This document shows, in pieces, positions 49,201-62,747 of a stretch of 64,000 nucleotides of DNA. Position numbers and translations under genes: made by a program. The notes beneath the pieces are model-generated. The model had not been told where the DNA came from and did not search any database. It was given only the letters and a program-made list of their open reading frames with translations. The DNA is from Mobula hypostoma (lineage: Eukaryota): assembly GCF_963921235.1 (NCBI RefSeq), contig NC_086097.1:156986001-157050000 (forward strand), written 5' to 3'. Each line of letters opens with the position of its first letter. The stretch's first letter is position 1.

Positions 49201-50429
49201 GAATAAGAAGTTAGAGACAACCCTGCACTGACTTGTCTTTTCCTATCCCACCTGCTGAAACTCCGAATTAGTTTGGGCAGAGATTGGACAATAACCTCCC
49301 GTCATCCTCCGTGGACATGTCCCTCTTTGAATGGCAAAAGCGATTCCAGTCACTGCTCTTGCCTGACCAGGAGAGCGATGTAGGAGTTCATGATGGGCAG
49401 GGCTTCTCTGCTTCACGCTTAGTAGCAACATGCCTGGCAGGCTGATTGGTTCTGCTGACATGTGAGGCTTCTCAAACCAGGGGAGAAAGTCTGGCTGTCA
49501 TCTAAGGATCTTCCCTTGAAAGTCAAGTGGTGTAGGCTGGTCCCCTGCCATGTGGGATCATTCACAGTGGACAAATATATACTGCATCTACCATCATTAA
49601 TGAAGATTCACCCAGTGTTCTATGTTTACAAGCTCAAGTCAGTGACTATCTCCCCCCCTAGATCCAGTCACTCCCCCACCCCTCCTCCCCACTTCATGGA
49701 TGGGTTTCTGGTTTATTCTGTGTGACGACTCCTGGCATATCACGGGGTACAAGGCAGAGTCCAGTGTCTTGTGGATTGGGGGAGGAGGGATAGACCTGAG
49801 GAACGTTCTTGGATTCCGGTCCACAACATGCTGGACAAGTCTCTCACCCAGGACTTATGGCAGGCACAGGTGCCTCAGGAGTTGTGCTTAGGGAGGGATG
49901 ACCTTTCACAATGACACACTCTGTTATGGCATCTGAGCGACATCACAGCCGGGCTGTGGAATGGGTTCAGTGATCGTGCTCATGAGTGTGCACCTTCCAG
50001 TCAATTAGTGTTATATTGTGGTGGTACTTAACTCCTTTCCTCTTGTTTCAGTTTTGTCACGAATTGACCAAAAGCAGTGCAATATCTACACTCCACTCTT
50101 GCTATATCTTGGTTCCAGGAAAGAAGACTGCCACTTAGACCAACACTGTTAAGGAGAACTATTTACTTGGTATTAAGCTACTACTGCCAAGCTGCTGTAT
50201 TGGCATTAGCTTTGGTTTGAAAGTTTTAGTTAATGGCCCTGTTGGACTTGCACTTACTGGTTTTCCTTTATTTCTGCACAGTTCCCACTGGAAGTCAGTG
50301 AACTGTTGATCTGCTTCAGTGTCTCTCGTTGGGCACTTGGGCCATAACCACACACCCTTGTCAGGATCCTGTTGATGGTACTTATTGGGTGTGTGCCTTC
50401 AGGCCTTTCACTAGCTGCTGGGAGTACAC

Positions 50430-50655
50430 TTAAAAAATGGGATCAGGTTAAACCCTGATTTAACCCTATCCTAATCACAGGACGATCTATAATGACCAAT
50501 TAACCTACCCGTTACATCTTTGAACTGTTGGAGGAAACTGGAGCACCGGTGGAAAACCCACAGGGAGGACATACAGAGGTTCCTTGTACAGGACACTGGA
50601 ATTGAACTCTGAACTCCAACACCCGAGCTGTAATAACGTTGCACTAACACAGTGC
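50430..50655 (-). mobile_element. V-SINE (HE1-like)
   Basis: ctttgaactgttggaggaaactggagcacc core; similar to 9308-9573. Confidence 0.7.
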
Positions 50656-50892
50656 CAATTTAGCATTTTTCCATCAACCCTATTTTTTTGTCAATGCACT
50701 ACAGAAAGCTTCCAATCTGGATGCATAACTGCTTACTATGGAAAATCGTCTGCATGCGACTGTAAGAAACCAGCCTCTATGGATTCTGTCTAACGGCAGG
50801 CACAACCGGGGCCCTCCTACATGGGCCCCAGCAACACTTGCCTTTTTGTTGGCTGCATAGAACAGTCCTTTTTCAACCAGCCTTCACTAGCA

Positions 50893-53800
50893 ATACTCTA
50901 CAAGTATGTCAAGAGCAAGAGGATAAGACGTGAGAGAATAGGACCAATCAAGTGTGGCAGTGGAAAGGTGTGTATGGAACCGGAGGAGATAGCGGAGATA
51001 CTTAAAAAATACTTTGCTTCAGTATTCACTATGGAAAAGGACCTTGGCGATTGTAGGGATGACTTACAGCATACTGAAAAGCTTGAGCATACAGACATTA
51101 AGAAAGACGATGTACTAAAGCCTTTGGAAAACATCAAATTGGGTAAGTCACCGGGACCGGACGAGATATACCCCAGGCTAATGTGGGAGGCGAGGGAGGA
51201 GATTGCTGAGCCTCTGGCAATGATCTTTGCATCATCAATGGGGACAGGAGGGATTCTGGAGGATTGGAGGGTTGCAGATATTGTTCCCTTATTCAAGAAA
51301 TGAAGTAGAGGATAGACCAGGAAATTATAGACCTGTGAGTCTTACTTCAATGGTTGGTAAGTTGTTGGAGAAGATTCTGAGAGGCAGGAATTATGAACAT
51401 TTGTAAAGACATAATATGATTAGGAATAGTCAGCATGGCTTTGTCAAAGACATGTCATGCCTTACGAGCCTGACTGAATTTTTTGAAGATGTGACTAAAC
51501 ACATTGATGAAGGTAGAGTCGTAGATATAGTGTATATGGATTTCAGCAAGGAAGTTGATAAGGTACCCCATGCAAGGTTTATTGAGAAAGTAAGGAGGCA
51601 CGGGATCCAAGGCGACCTTGCTTTGAAAATCCAGAATTGGCCTGCCCATAGAAGGCAAAGAGTAGTTGTAGAGGGATCATATTCTGCATGGAGTTTGGTG
51701 ACCAGTGGTGTGCCTCAAGGATCTGTTCTGGGACCTCTTCACTTCGTGATTTTCATAAATTATCTGGATGAGGAAGTGGAGGGATGGGTTAGTAAATTTG
51801 CTGGTGACACAAAGGTTGGGGGTGTTGTGGATCCTGTGGAGGACTGCCAAAGGTTGCAGCAGGACATCGATAGGATGCAAAACTGGACTGAGAAGAGGCA
51901 GATGGAGCTCAACCCAGATAAACGTGAGGTGGTTAACTTTAGCAAGTCAAATATGATGGCAGAATATTGTATTAACGGTAAGACTCTTGGTAGCGTGGAG
52001 GATCAGAGGGATCTTGGGGCCTGAGTCCATAACATACACAAAGCTGCTGTGCAGGTTGACTGTGTGGTTAAGAAGCCATACGGTGCATTGGCCTTCATCA
52101 ACCGAGGGACTGAGTTCAAGAGCCGAGAGGTAATGTTAGAGAGGTCAGACCCCACTTGATGTATTCTGTTCAGTTCTGGTCACCTCACTACAGGAAGGAT
52201 ATGGAAACTATAGAAAAGGTGCAGAGGAGATTTACAAGGATGTTGCCTGGATTGGGGACAGGGGAGTATCTACAGAAAATAGCGCCTATTGCAAGCACTG
52301 AAATTGCGTCCCTGTCCAAACATCTGACACCCATCTTTTAGATAATGTTACCATAATATCAGCTCAAAAATACAAGTCAAGCTCGTTAATCTTTTAATTA
52401 ACAAGTTATGGCATTACATGAAAATTATAACTGCACCTGCCTTGCTTTCACTGATGCAAATTGGTCTATGATATGATCAAAGTCAGTTTTTTCAGTTTCT
52501 TCTCTTTCTACGCTCAGCAGAGCAAGATCACAGAGTCTGCCTTGACCCGTGGAGGCACTCAAATACGAAAGTATTAGTTTTAACTTGCTGAATGATCTCT
52601 CACAGCTGGCAATGGAAATTACGATGGTTAGCTTTATCTGAATAGCAATACGAAGATTGGGGAAGATGCTCTCATCTCCATACTGAACAATAAATTGAAG
52701 AAGCTCTTCAGGTCTTGATATTTTCATGTTGACCCGCCTTGGTAGCAATATTCTGCAAACCAAAATTTCTTCATATAACTGCTGTCCATCAACATCAGAG
52801 CTGAGAGCTGTACAATTTGCCCAAATTTTTGCACTTCTTCTTTAGGTCGTTACTGTCGGCGCTGTAACACAGTCCCTCAACATCGAGACGGAACCCAAAC
52901 TTGGTGTCAGTGTCGTGCAAACGAGCGAACCTTTCGTCCATTTCTCTGTGAAGACGGTCGAGTGTTCCCTTCATGACTCTTTCCATTTCCTCCTTAGCTG
53001 TTAACCCAGCGTCTCTCAAGTTCTCATCAGCCATTCGTTTCTTTCGTCTCTGATGTCTTTCAATTTCGATATTCCATTCTTGACAGAGACTGACTCCTTC
53101 ATCGAGTGACTCATTGATCAACACCTCTCTTTCATCTTAAAAATGATCTTGGAGGGCTTTCAAATCCAGGGCAGCATCTTGGAAGTTCATGCTAGGATCC
53201 TGCAGCCTCTTTCGAATACGGTCAATGCGAATGAGTACTTTGTTCCAAAGTCCTAGCAAAATCAGAAAATCGTAACTCAACATGCGGTTGTACAGCTGCC
53301 TTGCGTCACTTCTTGTTTCACTGGTTTCGTTTTCATGTTTATCATGTCCTGGAGAACTTGAGGTATCTCCTCAAGGTACTTGTTGATGGGCTTCACTGCT
53401 TCTGTCCTTGCACTCCACCTGGTTTCAGACTCCCACTTAACAACCACAGGCATGGCGTTTTTGAGTTTTTCCCAGCACGGTGTTGAATGAGAGAAAAACA
53501 CGTAGAGAGCTTCAATGGTTCCAAAAAATGTGACCATCATTGTATCCTGCTTGACTGCATGTACACCAACCAAATTCAGTGAGTTATTGTCGCAATTCAC
53601 GAACACTGCCAGGTTGTTTTTCTCACTTATTCTTTGATGAACACCACTTCTGTGTCCAACCATTACAGCAGCGTTGGCATAGCACTGTGACCGACAATCT
53701 TGTTCCAAGCTTTTCAAAGAAGGGCATGAAGAACTTGCTCGACTTCTCGGCTTCCTCCGCCTCCAACTTTCGTCTCTTCCGTCCTTCAGCTCCACTTTCC

Positions 53801-54440
53801 TTCTTCTTCGTGAAGAAACGTTTCATGGTCTTCTTACACAATGCTCTGAAATAAGGTCATCCTAGTGCTTCTCATCCATGATAATCAAAGACAGATCATA
53901 CATCTGAAGAAAATTCTTTTTACACTATCCAAGGATGGCTTGTCTGACTTTAACAGAAACTACTCAGTGGCGCCACCCCCCCCCCCTTCAAGTGATGCAC
54001 AGGGCACGTGCCATACCTGCCATACCTTAGATATGCCACTGATTGAGTGAACTTGGCCTTTTCTTCTTGGAGCGACAGGGGATGACAGCTGACCTGATAG
54101 AGGTGTATAAAATGATGATAGGCATTGATCATGTGGATAGCCAGAGGCTTTTTCCCAGGGCTGAAATGGCTAACAAGAGAGGGCACAGTTTTAAGGTGCT
54201 TGGAAATAGGTACAGAGGGGATGTCAGGGGTAAGTTTTTTTTTTGCAGAGAGTGGTGAGTGCGTGGAATGGGCTGCCGGTGACTGTGGTGGAGGTGGATG
54301 CAATAGGGTCTTTTAAAAGGTTCCTGGATCTTAGAAAATATAGGGCTATGGGTAACCGTAGGTAATTTCCAAAGTAAGTACATGTTCGGCACAGCATTAT
54401 GAGTCAAAGGGCCTGTATTGAGCTGTAGATTTTCTATGTC
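50893..54440 (+). mobile_element. CR1 ORF2 (50893-52258 and 54042-54440) split by a hAT
   Basis: KSPGPDEIYPR, SQHGFVK, SGVPQGSVLGP, KFAGDTKVGG; 3' tail near 54440. Confidence 0.9.
52259..54041 (-). mobile_element. hAT DNA transposon (Tip100/ZMYM1-like transposase), internally deleted
   Basis: Imperfect TIRs caggggagtatcta and cagtggcatatcta; CRSQCYANAAVM, VNCDNNSLNL and ETRWSAR; hATC dimerisation domain FPNL..ASCERSFSKLKLI..RLCDLALLSVE. Confidence 0.9.
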
Positions 54441-55764
54441 CTTATGTTTCTAGGTTTTTCATGCTCCCCAACTCTTCCTGCACTACATAGGTGCTGCTTC
54501 TTGCACCCATGCTGAGCTCATCAATTTCATCAACTTTGCTTCCGACGCTTGGTCCATTTCTGATACCTCCCTGCCCTTTCTTGATATCTCTGCCTCCATT
54601 TCTGGAGACAAACTGTCTATTGACATCTTTTACCGATCCCCATGGCAATCTTGACTCTTTCTCTTTCCATCCTGTTTCCAGTAAAAAAGCTATTCCCTTT
54701 TTGCAATTCCTTCATCTCTGCCACATCTGTTACCAGGATGAGGCTTTCCTTTCCAGAATATCAGAGAAGTCCTCCTTCGTCAAAGAATGGTGTTTCCTTT
54801 TCTGCACCATTATTGCTGCCCTCACCCGCATCTCCTTCATTTCCCAGACATCCGCACTCACCCCATCTTCCCGCTGCTTTAAAAGGCATAGAGTTCCTCT
54901 TGACTTCACCTACCACCTCATGAGCCTCCACATTCAACACATCATTCTTTGAAACTTCCACCATTTTCAAGGGATCCTACCACCAAACACATCTTTATTT
55001 CTCTCCCACTCCCACACTCTGCTTTCCACAAGGATCACTCTGCATGATTCCCTTGTCTATTTGACCCTCCTCTACAATCTCCCTCCTGGCACATATTCCT
55101 GTGAGCGACAGAAATAATACACAAGCCCTTTTACCTCCTCTCTTACCTCCATTCAGTCCCCCAAGCAGTTCTTCCAGTTGAAGCAACATTTCTGCTGGTG
55201 TTGTCCAATGGGCCTGGTCTATATTGGTGAGCCTTGATGAAAATTGGGGGACTGCCTTATGGAGCACCTTGACTCCATCCTCTAAAAGCAGTATTTTCCA
55301 GTGGCCAACCATTTTAACTCCTATCCATTCTGACTTGTCAGTGCATGGGCTCTTCCTTTGACACAATGAGGGTGGAGGACCCTCCAACCTGGTGGCATGA
55401 ACATCGATTTCTTCTTTATGTATTTTCTCCCTCCAACTTCCCTCTTCTTCTATTCCCCACTCAACTCCCCCTGGTGCCCCTCCTTCTTCCCTTGTTCCCA
55501 CGGTCCACTATTCTTCCCTATCAGATTCTTTCTTCTCCAGCCCTTTACCTTTCTCACTCAGCTGGCTTCACCTATCACCTTCCAGGTAGTCCTCCTTCTC
55601 TTCCTTTACCTTTTTATTCTGTCATCTTCCCCCTTCCATTCCAGTGTTGAGGAATGGTCTCGACCTGAAACATCAACCGTTTATTCCTTTCCATAAATAC
55701 TGCTTGACCTGTATTTTTTGAACGTTGCTTTAGATCTCCAGCATCTGCAGAATCTCTTGGGTTT

Positions 55765-57105
55765 ATGGATTCCATCATAACTGTTGCTGCCTCAGTAAAG
55801 CAGCTAGCAAAATCAGAGACCCCACCCACCCTGAATATTCTCTTCCATTGGGCAAAAGATGCAATACCCTGAGAGCACGTATCTCCATGCTAATGACAGG
55901 TACTACCCTGCTATTTTAAGACTATTAATAGTTCTCTGGTACAATAGGTTGTACTCTTGACCCCATAATCTATCCCATTATGAGTTTGCACATTATTGTT
56001 TACCTGCATGGCACTTTCTTTGCACTATGTTTTTATTTTACCTTGTTCTACCTCAATGCATTGTGTAATGATTTGATCTGCATGAACAGACTACAAGACA
56101 AGTGGTACATGGGAAATAATAAACAAATACCAATTCCAATTCCAATTTATTGGAGCTAAGCACAGCTCCAATGTCATGTTCAAGTTTGATGATACCACTG
56201 TTGTAGACCGAATCAGAGGTGATGATGAATCAGCATTCAGGAGGGAGATTTGAAAATCTGGCGAAGTAGTGTCATTACGATAAATTCTCCTTCAGGAAAA
56301 CCAAGGAATTGATTGTAGACTTCAGGAGTGAAAAAGCAGAGGTCCACGAGCCAGTACCCATCAGAGGATCAGAAGTAGAAAGAGATAGCAACTTTAAATT
56401 CCTGGGTGTTACTATTTCAGAGGACCTGCCCTGGAGCCAGCACATAAACACAATTGAAAAGAAAGCATAGCAGCATCTCTACTTCTTCAGTAGTCAGCAG
56501 AGGTTCATCATGACATGTTAAACTTTGACCGCATTTATAGATGTGTAGTGCAGAGTGTATTGACGGGCTGCATCATGGTCTGGTATGGGAACATCAATGC
56601 TTTTGAACAGAAAATCCTACAAAATGTAGTGGAGTTGGCCCAGTACATCACAAGTAACGCCCTCCCAACCACTGATTACATCTACATGATACGCTGTTGT
56701 ACGAAAGCAACATTCATTATTAGAGATTCCCACCACCCATGTCATGCTGTTTTCCTGCTGCTGCCATCAGGTAGAAGCTACACGAGCCTCAGGACTCACA
56801 GCAACAGGTTCAGGAACAGTTTCTACTCTTCAGCCATCAGGCTCTTGAATAATAGAGGATAACTTAACTCACTTGCTCTATCATGGAAATGTTCCCACAA
56901 CTAATGATCTCTCTTTAAGAACTTTTTATCTCATCATCTCATGTTCTCATTATTTATTGTTATTTATTTATATTTGTATTTGTGTAGTTTGTTGTCTTCT
57001 GCACTCTGGTTGATCTTTCTTCAATTCCGTTTTACTTCCTATTCTATAGATTTGCTGAGTAAGCCCAAAGGAAAATGACTCTCAGATTTGACAATAAAGT
57101 TTGCT
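55765..57105 (+). mobile_element. Two adjacent Rex1/Babar-type fragments (about 55765-56145 and 56150-57105)
   Basis: (ccaatt)n tail; KTKELIVDFR, FKFLGV, YRCVVQSVLTGCIMVWYG and LLPSGR..RFRNSFY. Confidence 0.82.
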
Positions 57106-58084
57106 TCTTGAAGGTGTTGATCTGGTTAGTAGATAATTGCCGTAAAAACTGCTTACCCTTCATGAAGACCATTGACTATTAATGTCTGTGCAACTGATTC
57201 AAGTCCCTCCTTTGCCTTAACAGGTGTTATTGGGTATTAAACTCCTGACATTTTCTTTCTTATCACTTCTACCACCACAGGTTTCGAATTACTGCAGCCT
57301 TTCCATCAGCACATTTGTAGAATTAGTCATTATGTTTGGCTTCTAAAAAGTGTTCAATCTCAGTGCATTCTTACAACGGGAAAGGAAGAACTCCTAAAGC
57401 CAGGGCTCACTGGATGATGAAGTAAATAGCAGGATCAAGTGGATGCAAAATTCAGGTCAACTTGGCATTAACATGTTGAAACTGAGGAAGGTAATATAGG
57501 AAATAACTTTAAAAGAGACAGTTTTAGTATAAATAAGTTGACAATGAATACAATGAACATCAATGACTGATGGTGTTTGGATTTCACAGCCTAAAGATAT
57601 TGTGCAGGTAGTTACCCTCATCTCATTTTAAAAGAGTATCTGCATGATCACTTAAAACCCCTTAACATGCAGGTCATTGAACAGTGAATTAGGAAGCAGG
57701 CATAATCTCAATTTCATTTTTGGCTGCTATGGACATCATGGGCTAAAAGTCATTTTTCTATGAGAAGTGTTTATTATTCGGAGTCTAGCCAAATGAATCA
57801 AAATGATTCTCTATTTTGAACATATTATCAGTAAAAAGTTCATCAAAAGAGCGGCGTGTATAATTAGTGAACAAAATAATGGATTGTTAATGGGGATCAG
57901 AAGACCAATTGAGTGCTTTACGTTGGTATTTACCATGATTAAAAAACTGTATTGGAACATGTTAGCCGAAAGCATTGCTTTCCTAGTTCATTACAGCTGG
58001 GCTATTGAAGCTCCTACCTTGCTGCTTCAGTACTCTCAGATGTTTTGTTTATTAGTGAGAACAAGTAAAGATAACCACCACAAT

Positions 58085-58343
58085 ATCATAATCACCATGA
58101 TGCTTTTACAATTCAGGACATCGGAGTTTAGAGCTTAATTCCGATGTCATCTGTAAGGAGTCTATGTATCCTCTGTGTAGAATGTATGGGTTTTCTCCAG
58201 GCGCTCCAGTTTCTTTCCAAAATCCAAAGTTGAACCGTTTAGTAGATAAATTGGTCATTGTAAATTCTCCCATTGTTAGGCTGGGGTTAAATCAAGGGTT
58301 GCCAAGGGCCAGAAGGGCCAGTTCCACACTGTATCTCAATAAG
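58085..58343 (+). mobile_element. V-SINE (HE1-like)
   Basis: gggttttctccaggcgctccagtttctttcc core and gggccagaagggcc tail. Confidence 0.7.
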
Positions 58344-58993
58344 TAATGTTATTGTTTCCTTTGTACTCAATGGAGCAAATGCTAAAAGTAACCTAGAACT
58401 GATCATTTGAAACCATGAATTGCTAGTAAGGGGAAATGGACTGAATTGCAAGATTAACAGCAAAAGATGGTCAGAAATTCTATCAATGAAATAAAACAAA
58501 GGACAATACACCGTATAAAAGCATTCACCTGGAAAGCATATTTACTTTTGGTATAAATATAAATAAATTAATATTTTGATATGTCTTTGTAAATGTATTG
58601 ATTGGATTCTTTGTTGTTATTTTAATTTGTTTGCATAATTTGCGAAATACACTGACTTAGGTAGTCAGGCATGACTCATCAAGGAGTTCACCGTTTTGTT
58701 CAGAACATAATACATTAGCTTGGATGGAATGCCCCCAGAAAAACAAACCAATTGCTACCTTTTATTTGTTGGTATACTTTTGGTGGATATGGTCCAACTC
58801 AATTTTTTGACCGTGACTTGGAGATTTCTGATTCATAATTGAGTTGGGTAAAGGACTGATTGATATGTTAAGTAATTCCATTAGTGTATCTGAGCAATGA
58901 GTATAATGGTATCTTCTATTTTACTGTTTATCTTTACATATTAGAAGTGTATTGATATTTTCCATTGATAATGCAAGCTTCATATTGGTTAAT

Positions 58994-60411
58994 CAAGTCA
59001 AGTCCAAGTCAAGATTGTTTTTATCATAAGCACAAGCGCAATGCACACCTACTAGCACCAGCATCAGAAGCACACTGTATTACAGACATACACAAGAAAA
59101 GCATAAATTACAAAAATCATGCAAAAAAAGTATTCCATTAAAGCAAAAGAAGCCCAATGTGGTCAGAGTGTTGCTATAATGAGGTAGCGATTAGAGTTGT
59201 GCAGCTTGATTCAAGAATCAAATAGTTAAAGGAAAGTAACTGCTGTTGAACTAGATTGTGTAGTACTTCAGACTTCTGTACCCACTGCCCAGTGAGAAGA
59301 TGTCATGGAGCAGATGTGGGGATCTTTAGTGATAGATGCTGCATTCTTGAGGCAGCAACTCATAAAGGTACTATTGACAGCAGCAAGGGATTTGCTCATG
59401 ATGTTTTGGTCTGAGTCTACCATTCTTCACAGCTCCTTGAATTTCCAATCATTTGAAGAGCAATAAGAGATAATGGAGCAGTCAGTCAGGAGACTTTCAA
59501 GAGTACGTTTGTAATGGTTTGTTAAACTATTTGGTGACATACCGAATCTCCTTAACATTCGTAGAAAGTAGAGAAACTGGTGTATCTTCATTGTGATTGC
59601 ATCTACTATATGTGCTGGACTCAGGACAGGTCTCCCAATATGTTAATACCCAGGAAATTAAAGCCACTGAACTTTTCCATCACTGATCCATCAATGTCGA
59701 TAGGAGCATATCCCTCCTTCACCTTCTTGAAATCAACAATTGCTTCTTTATTTTTACTGACATTGAGAGAGGTTGTTGTTGCAGCATCACCCAACCAAGT
59801 GTTCCAATGCAATCCCCTACAGTGAATCATCCAACAACCATACTGCCATCAATGAATTTGTATATGGCATTGAAGCTGTGCTTAGCCATATAGTCAAGTG
59901 TGTATAGAGAATAGACACAGCCTTAGATGTTCCTGTGTTAATAGTCTGTGAGGAGCAGAAATTGTTACCAATTCCCATTGAGCTAGGTCTGCCAAAGAGC
60001 CAGTTAAGTGTTCAGTGATGGAGAAAATACAGAGGCCCAGGTCTTGAAACTTGATAATAAGTTTGGCGGGGATGATTATGCTGAATGGCTACCTATAGTC
60101 AAACAACCTACAGCCTTTCATAGGTGTTCCTGCTGCCCAAATGCTCCAGAGCTGAATCTAGAGCCAAAGGAATTACATTTGCTCTTAACTTGCTGTGATG
60201 GGAGGCAAACTGAAGTGGTTTCAGCTCATCTCTGAGGTAGGAGTTGATTCACACCATGACTAACCTTTATTGTGGCAGGTCACTATGCTTGTCTTGAACA
60301 TTGTTCAATATATACTTTTTTTTGAAGCAGTTGGGAAACTAGTACCACAGAAGCAAGAGAATGAACATGTCCATAAATATTTCAGCCAGTTGTTCTACCC
60401 AGATCTTTACT
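58994..60411 (-). mobile_element. Rex1/Babar-type LINE (probably resumes at about 63914)
   Basis: (caagt)n tail and LNVSKNKEAIVDFKK...FNFLGINI. Confidence 0.75.
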
Positions 60412-62262
60412 GACAATAGACAATAGACAATAGGTGTAGGAGTAGGCCATTTGGCCCTTCGAGCCAGCACCGCCATTCACTGTGATCATGGCTGATCGTC
60501 CACAATCAGTACCCCATTCCTGCCTTCTCCCCATATCCCTTAACTCCGCTATCATTAAGAGCTCTAACTCTTTCTTGAAAGCATCCAGAGAATTTGCCTC
60601 CACTGCCTTCTGAGGCAGAGCATTCCACTGATCCACAACTCTCTGGGTGAAAAAGTTTTTCCTCAACTCCGTTATGAATGGCCTACCCTTTATTCTCAAA
60701 TTGTGTCCTTTGGTTCTGGACTCCCCCAACATCAGGAACATGTTTCCTGCCTCTAACATGTCCAATCCCTTAATAATCTTATGTTTCAATCGGATCCCCT
60801 CTCATCCTTCTAAATTCCAGTATATACAAGCTCAGTCGCTCCAATCTTTCAACATATGACAGTCCCGCCATCCTGGAAATTAACCTCATGAACCTACGCT
60901 TCACTCCCTCAATAGCAAGAATGTCCTTCCTCAAATTTGGAGACCAAAACTGTACACAATACTCCAGGTGTGGTCTCACCAAGACCCTGTACAACAGCAG
61001 AAGGTCCTCTCTACTCCTATACTCAACTCCACTTGTTATGAAGGCCAACATGCCATTAGCTTTCTTCACTTTACTGCTGTACCTGCGTGCTTACTTTCAG
61101 TGACTGATGAACAAGGACACCTAGATCTCGTTGTACTTCCCCTTTTCCTAACTTGACACCATTCAAATAGTAATCTGCCTTCCTGTTCTTGTCACCAAAG
61201 TGGATAAATGCACATTTATCCACATTAAACTGCATCTGCCATGCATCTGCCCACTCACCCAGCCTGTCCAAGTCACCCTGCATTCTCATAACATCCTCCT
61301 CACATTTCACACTGCCACCCAGCTTTGTGTCATCTGCAAATTTGCTAATGTTACTTTTACTCCCTTCATCTAAATCATTAATGTACGTTTGTAAATTGTA
61401 TATAGCTGTTGTCCTAGCACCGAGCCTTGCAGTACCCCACTAGTCACTGCCTGCCATTCTGAAAGGGACCTATTAATCCCTACTCTTTGTTTCCTGTCTG
61501 CCAACCAATTTTCTATCCATGTCAGTACCCTACCCCCAATACCATGTGCTCTAATTTTGCCCACTAATCTCCTATGCGGGACCAAAATCAAAGTCTTTCT
61601 TAAGGTCTGGGTACACTACATCCACTGGCTCTCCCTTGTCCATTTTCATAGTTACATCCTCAAAAAATTCCAGAAGATTAGTCAAGCATGATTTCCCCTT
61701 CGTAAATCCATGCTGACTCGGACTGATCCTGTTACTGCTATCCAAATGAGCCACTATTTCATTCTTTATAATTGACTCCAGCATCTTCCCCACCACTGAT
61801 GTCAGGCTAAATGGTCTATAATTCCCTGTTTTCTCTCTCCCTCCTTTCTTAAAAAGTGGGATAACATTAGCTACCCTCCAGTCCTCAGGAACTGATCCTG
61901 AATCTATAGAATACTGGAAAATGATTACCAATGCATCCACGATTTCTAGAGCCATGTCCTTAAGTATCCTGGGGTGCAGACCATCAGGCACTGGGGATTT
62001 ATTAGCCTTCAGACCCAACAGCCTATCCAACACCATTTTCTGCCTAATGTGAATCTCCTTCAGTTCCTCCATTACCATAGGTCCTCCGGCCACTATTACA
62101 CCTGGGAGATTGTTTGTGTCTTCCCTAGTGAAGACAGATCCAAAATACCTGTTCAGCTCGTCTGCCATTTCCTTGTTCCCCATAATAAATTCCCCATTTC
62201 TGTCTTCAAGGGCCCAACTTTGGTCTTAACTAATTTTTTCCTCTTCACATACCTAAAGAAGC

Positions 62263-62315
62263 TTTGTTGTGTTTTGCTTGAATTTCCAGCATCTGCAGAA
62301 TTCCTCGTGTTTACG
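62263..62315 (+). mobile_element. PLE extreme 3'-end micro-insertion
   Basis: gtgttttgcttgaatttccagcatctgcagaattcctcgtgttt closely matches the end of 32249-33732. Confidence 0.65.
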
Positions 62316-62747
62316 TTTTACTATCCTCCTTTATATTCTTGGCTAGTTTGCCTTGGTATCTCATCTTTTCTCCCCGTATTGCCTTTTTAGTTATCCTCTG
62401 TTGCTCTTTAAAAGTTTCCCAGTCCTCTGGCTTCCCGCTCATCTTTGCTATGTTATACTTCTTCTCTTTTATTTTTATACTGTCCTTGACTTCCCTTGTC
62501 AGCCATTGTCACCCCTTAATCCCCTGAGAATCTTTCTTCTTCTTTGGAATGAACTGATCCTGCACCTTCTGTATTATTCCCAGAAATACCTGCCACTGTT
62601 GTTCCACTGTTATCCTTGCTAGGGTATCTTTCCAGTAAACTTTGGCCAGCTCCTCCCTCATGGCTCCATAGTCCCCTTTGTTCAAATGTAACACTGACAC
62701 TTCCAATTTTCCCTTCTCCCTCTCAAATTGTAGATTAAAACTTATCA

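Larger units (their letters stand above)
41765..49900 (+). mobile_element. Gypsy chromovirus element C (gag-pol with chromodomain), with gag split by two insertions
   Basis: gag EPSIPPPSRF..DPDSCRDFISQCEL / FVVELQRVL / QLLDLLQG..GWNK..FQRGL; RT GRYEYLVMLFGLAN and VYLDKIFVYS; RNase H FILEVDTS; NGQTERVN; chromodomain-like LVDW..PEERSW; purine tract near 49890. Confidence 0.88.
50795..55765 (+). mobile_element. PLE (50795-50885 and 54455-55765) split by a CR1 and a hAT
   Basis: MGPSNTCLFVGCIEQS (PLE RT); FHPVSSKKAIPFLQFLHLCHIC; VYIGE; pLTR ending ccagcatctgcagaatctcttg. Confidence 0.82.

Noticed and set aside
46270..49900. Domesticated gag/pol gene (PEG10/RTL-like)
   Set aside because: Many stops and frameshifts, and gag is split by two insertions.
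49900..50400. 3' LTR of Gypsy element C
   Set aside because: It follows a purine tract, but there is no matching 5' LTR or TSD in the window, so its boundaries cannot be supported.
52425..53841. Host ZMYM1-like gene
   Set aside because: The frames are broken and internally deleted, bounded by TIRs and inserted in a CR1, so this is a hAT transposon.
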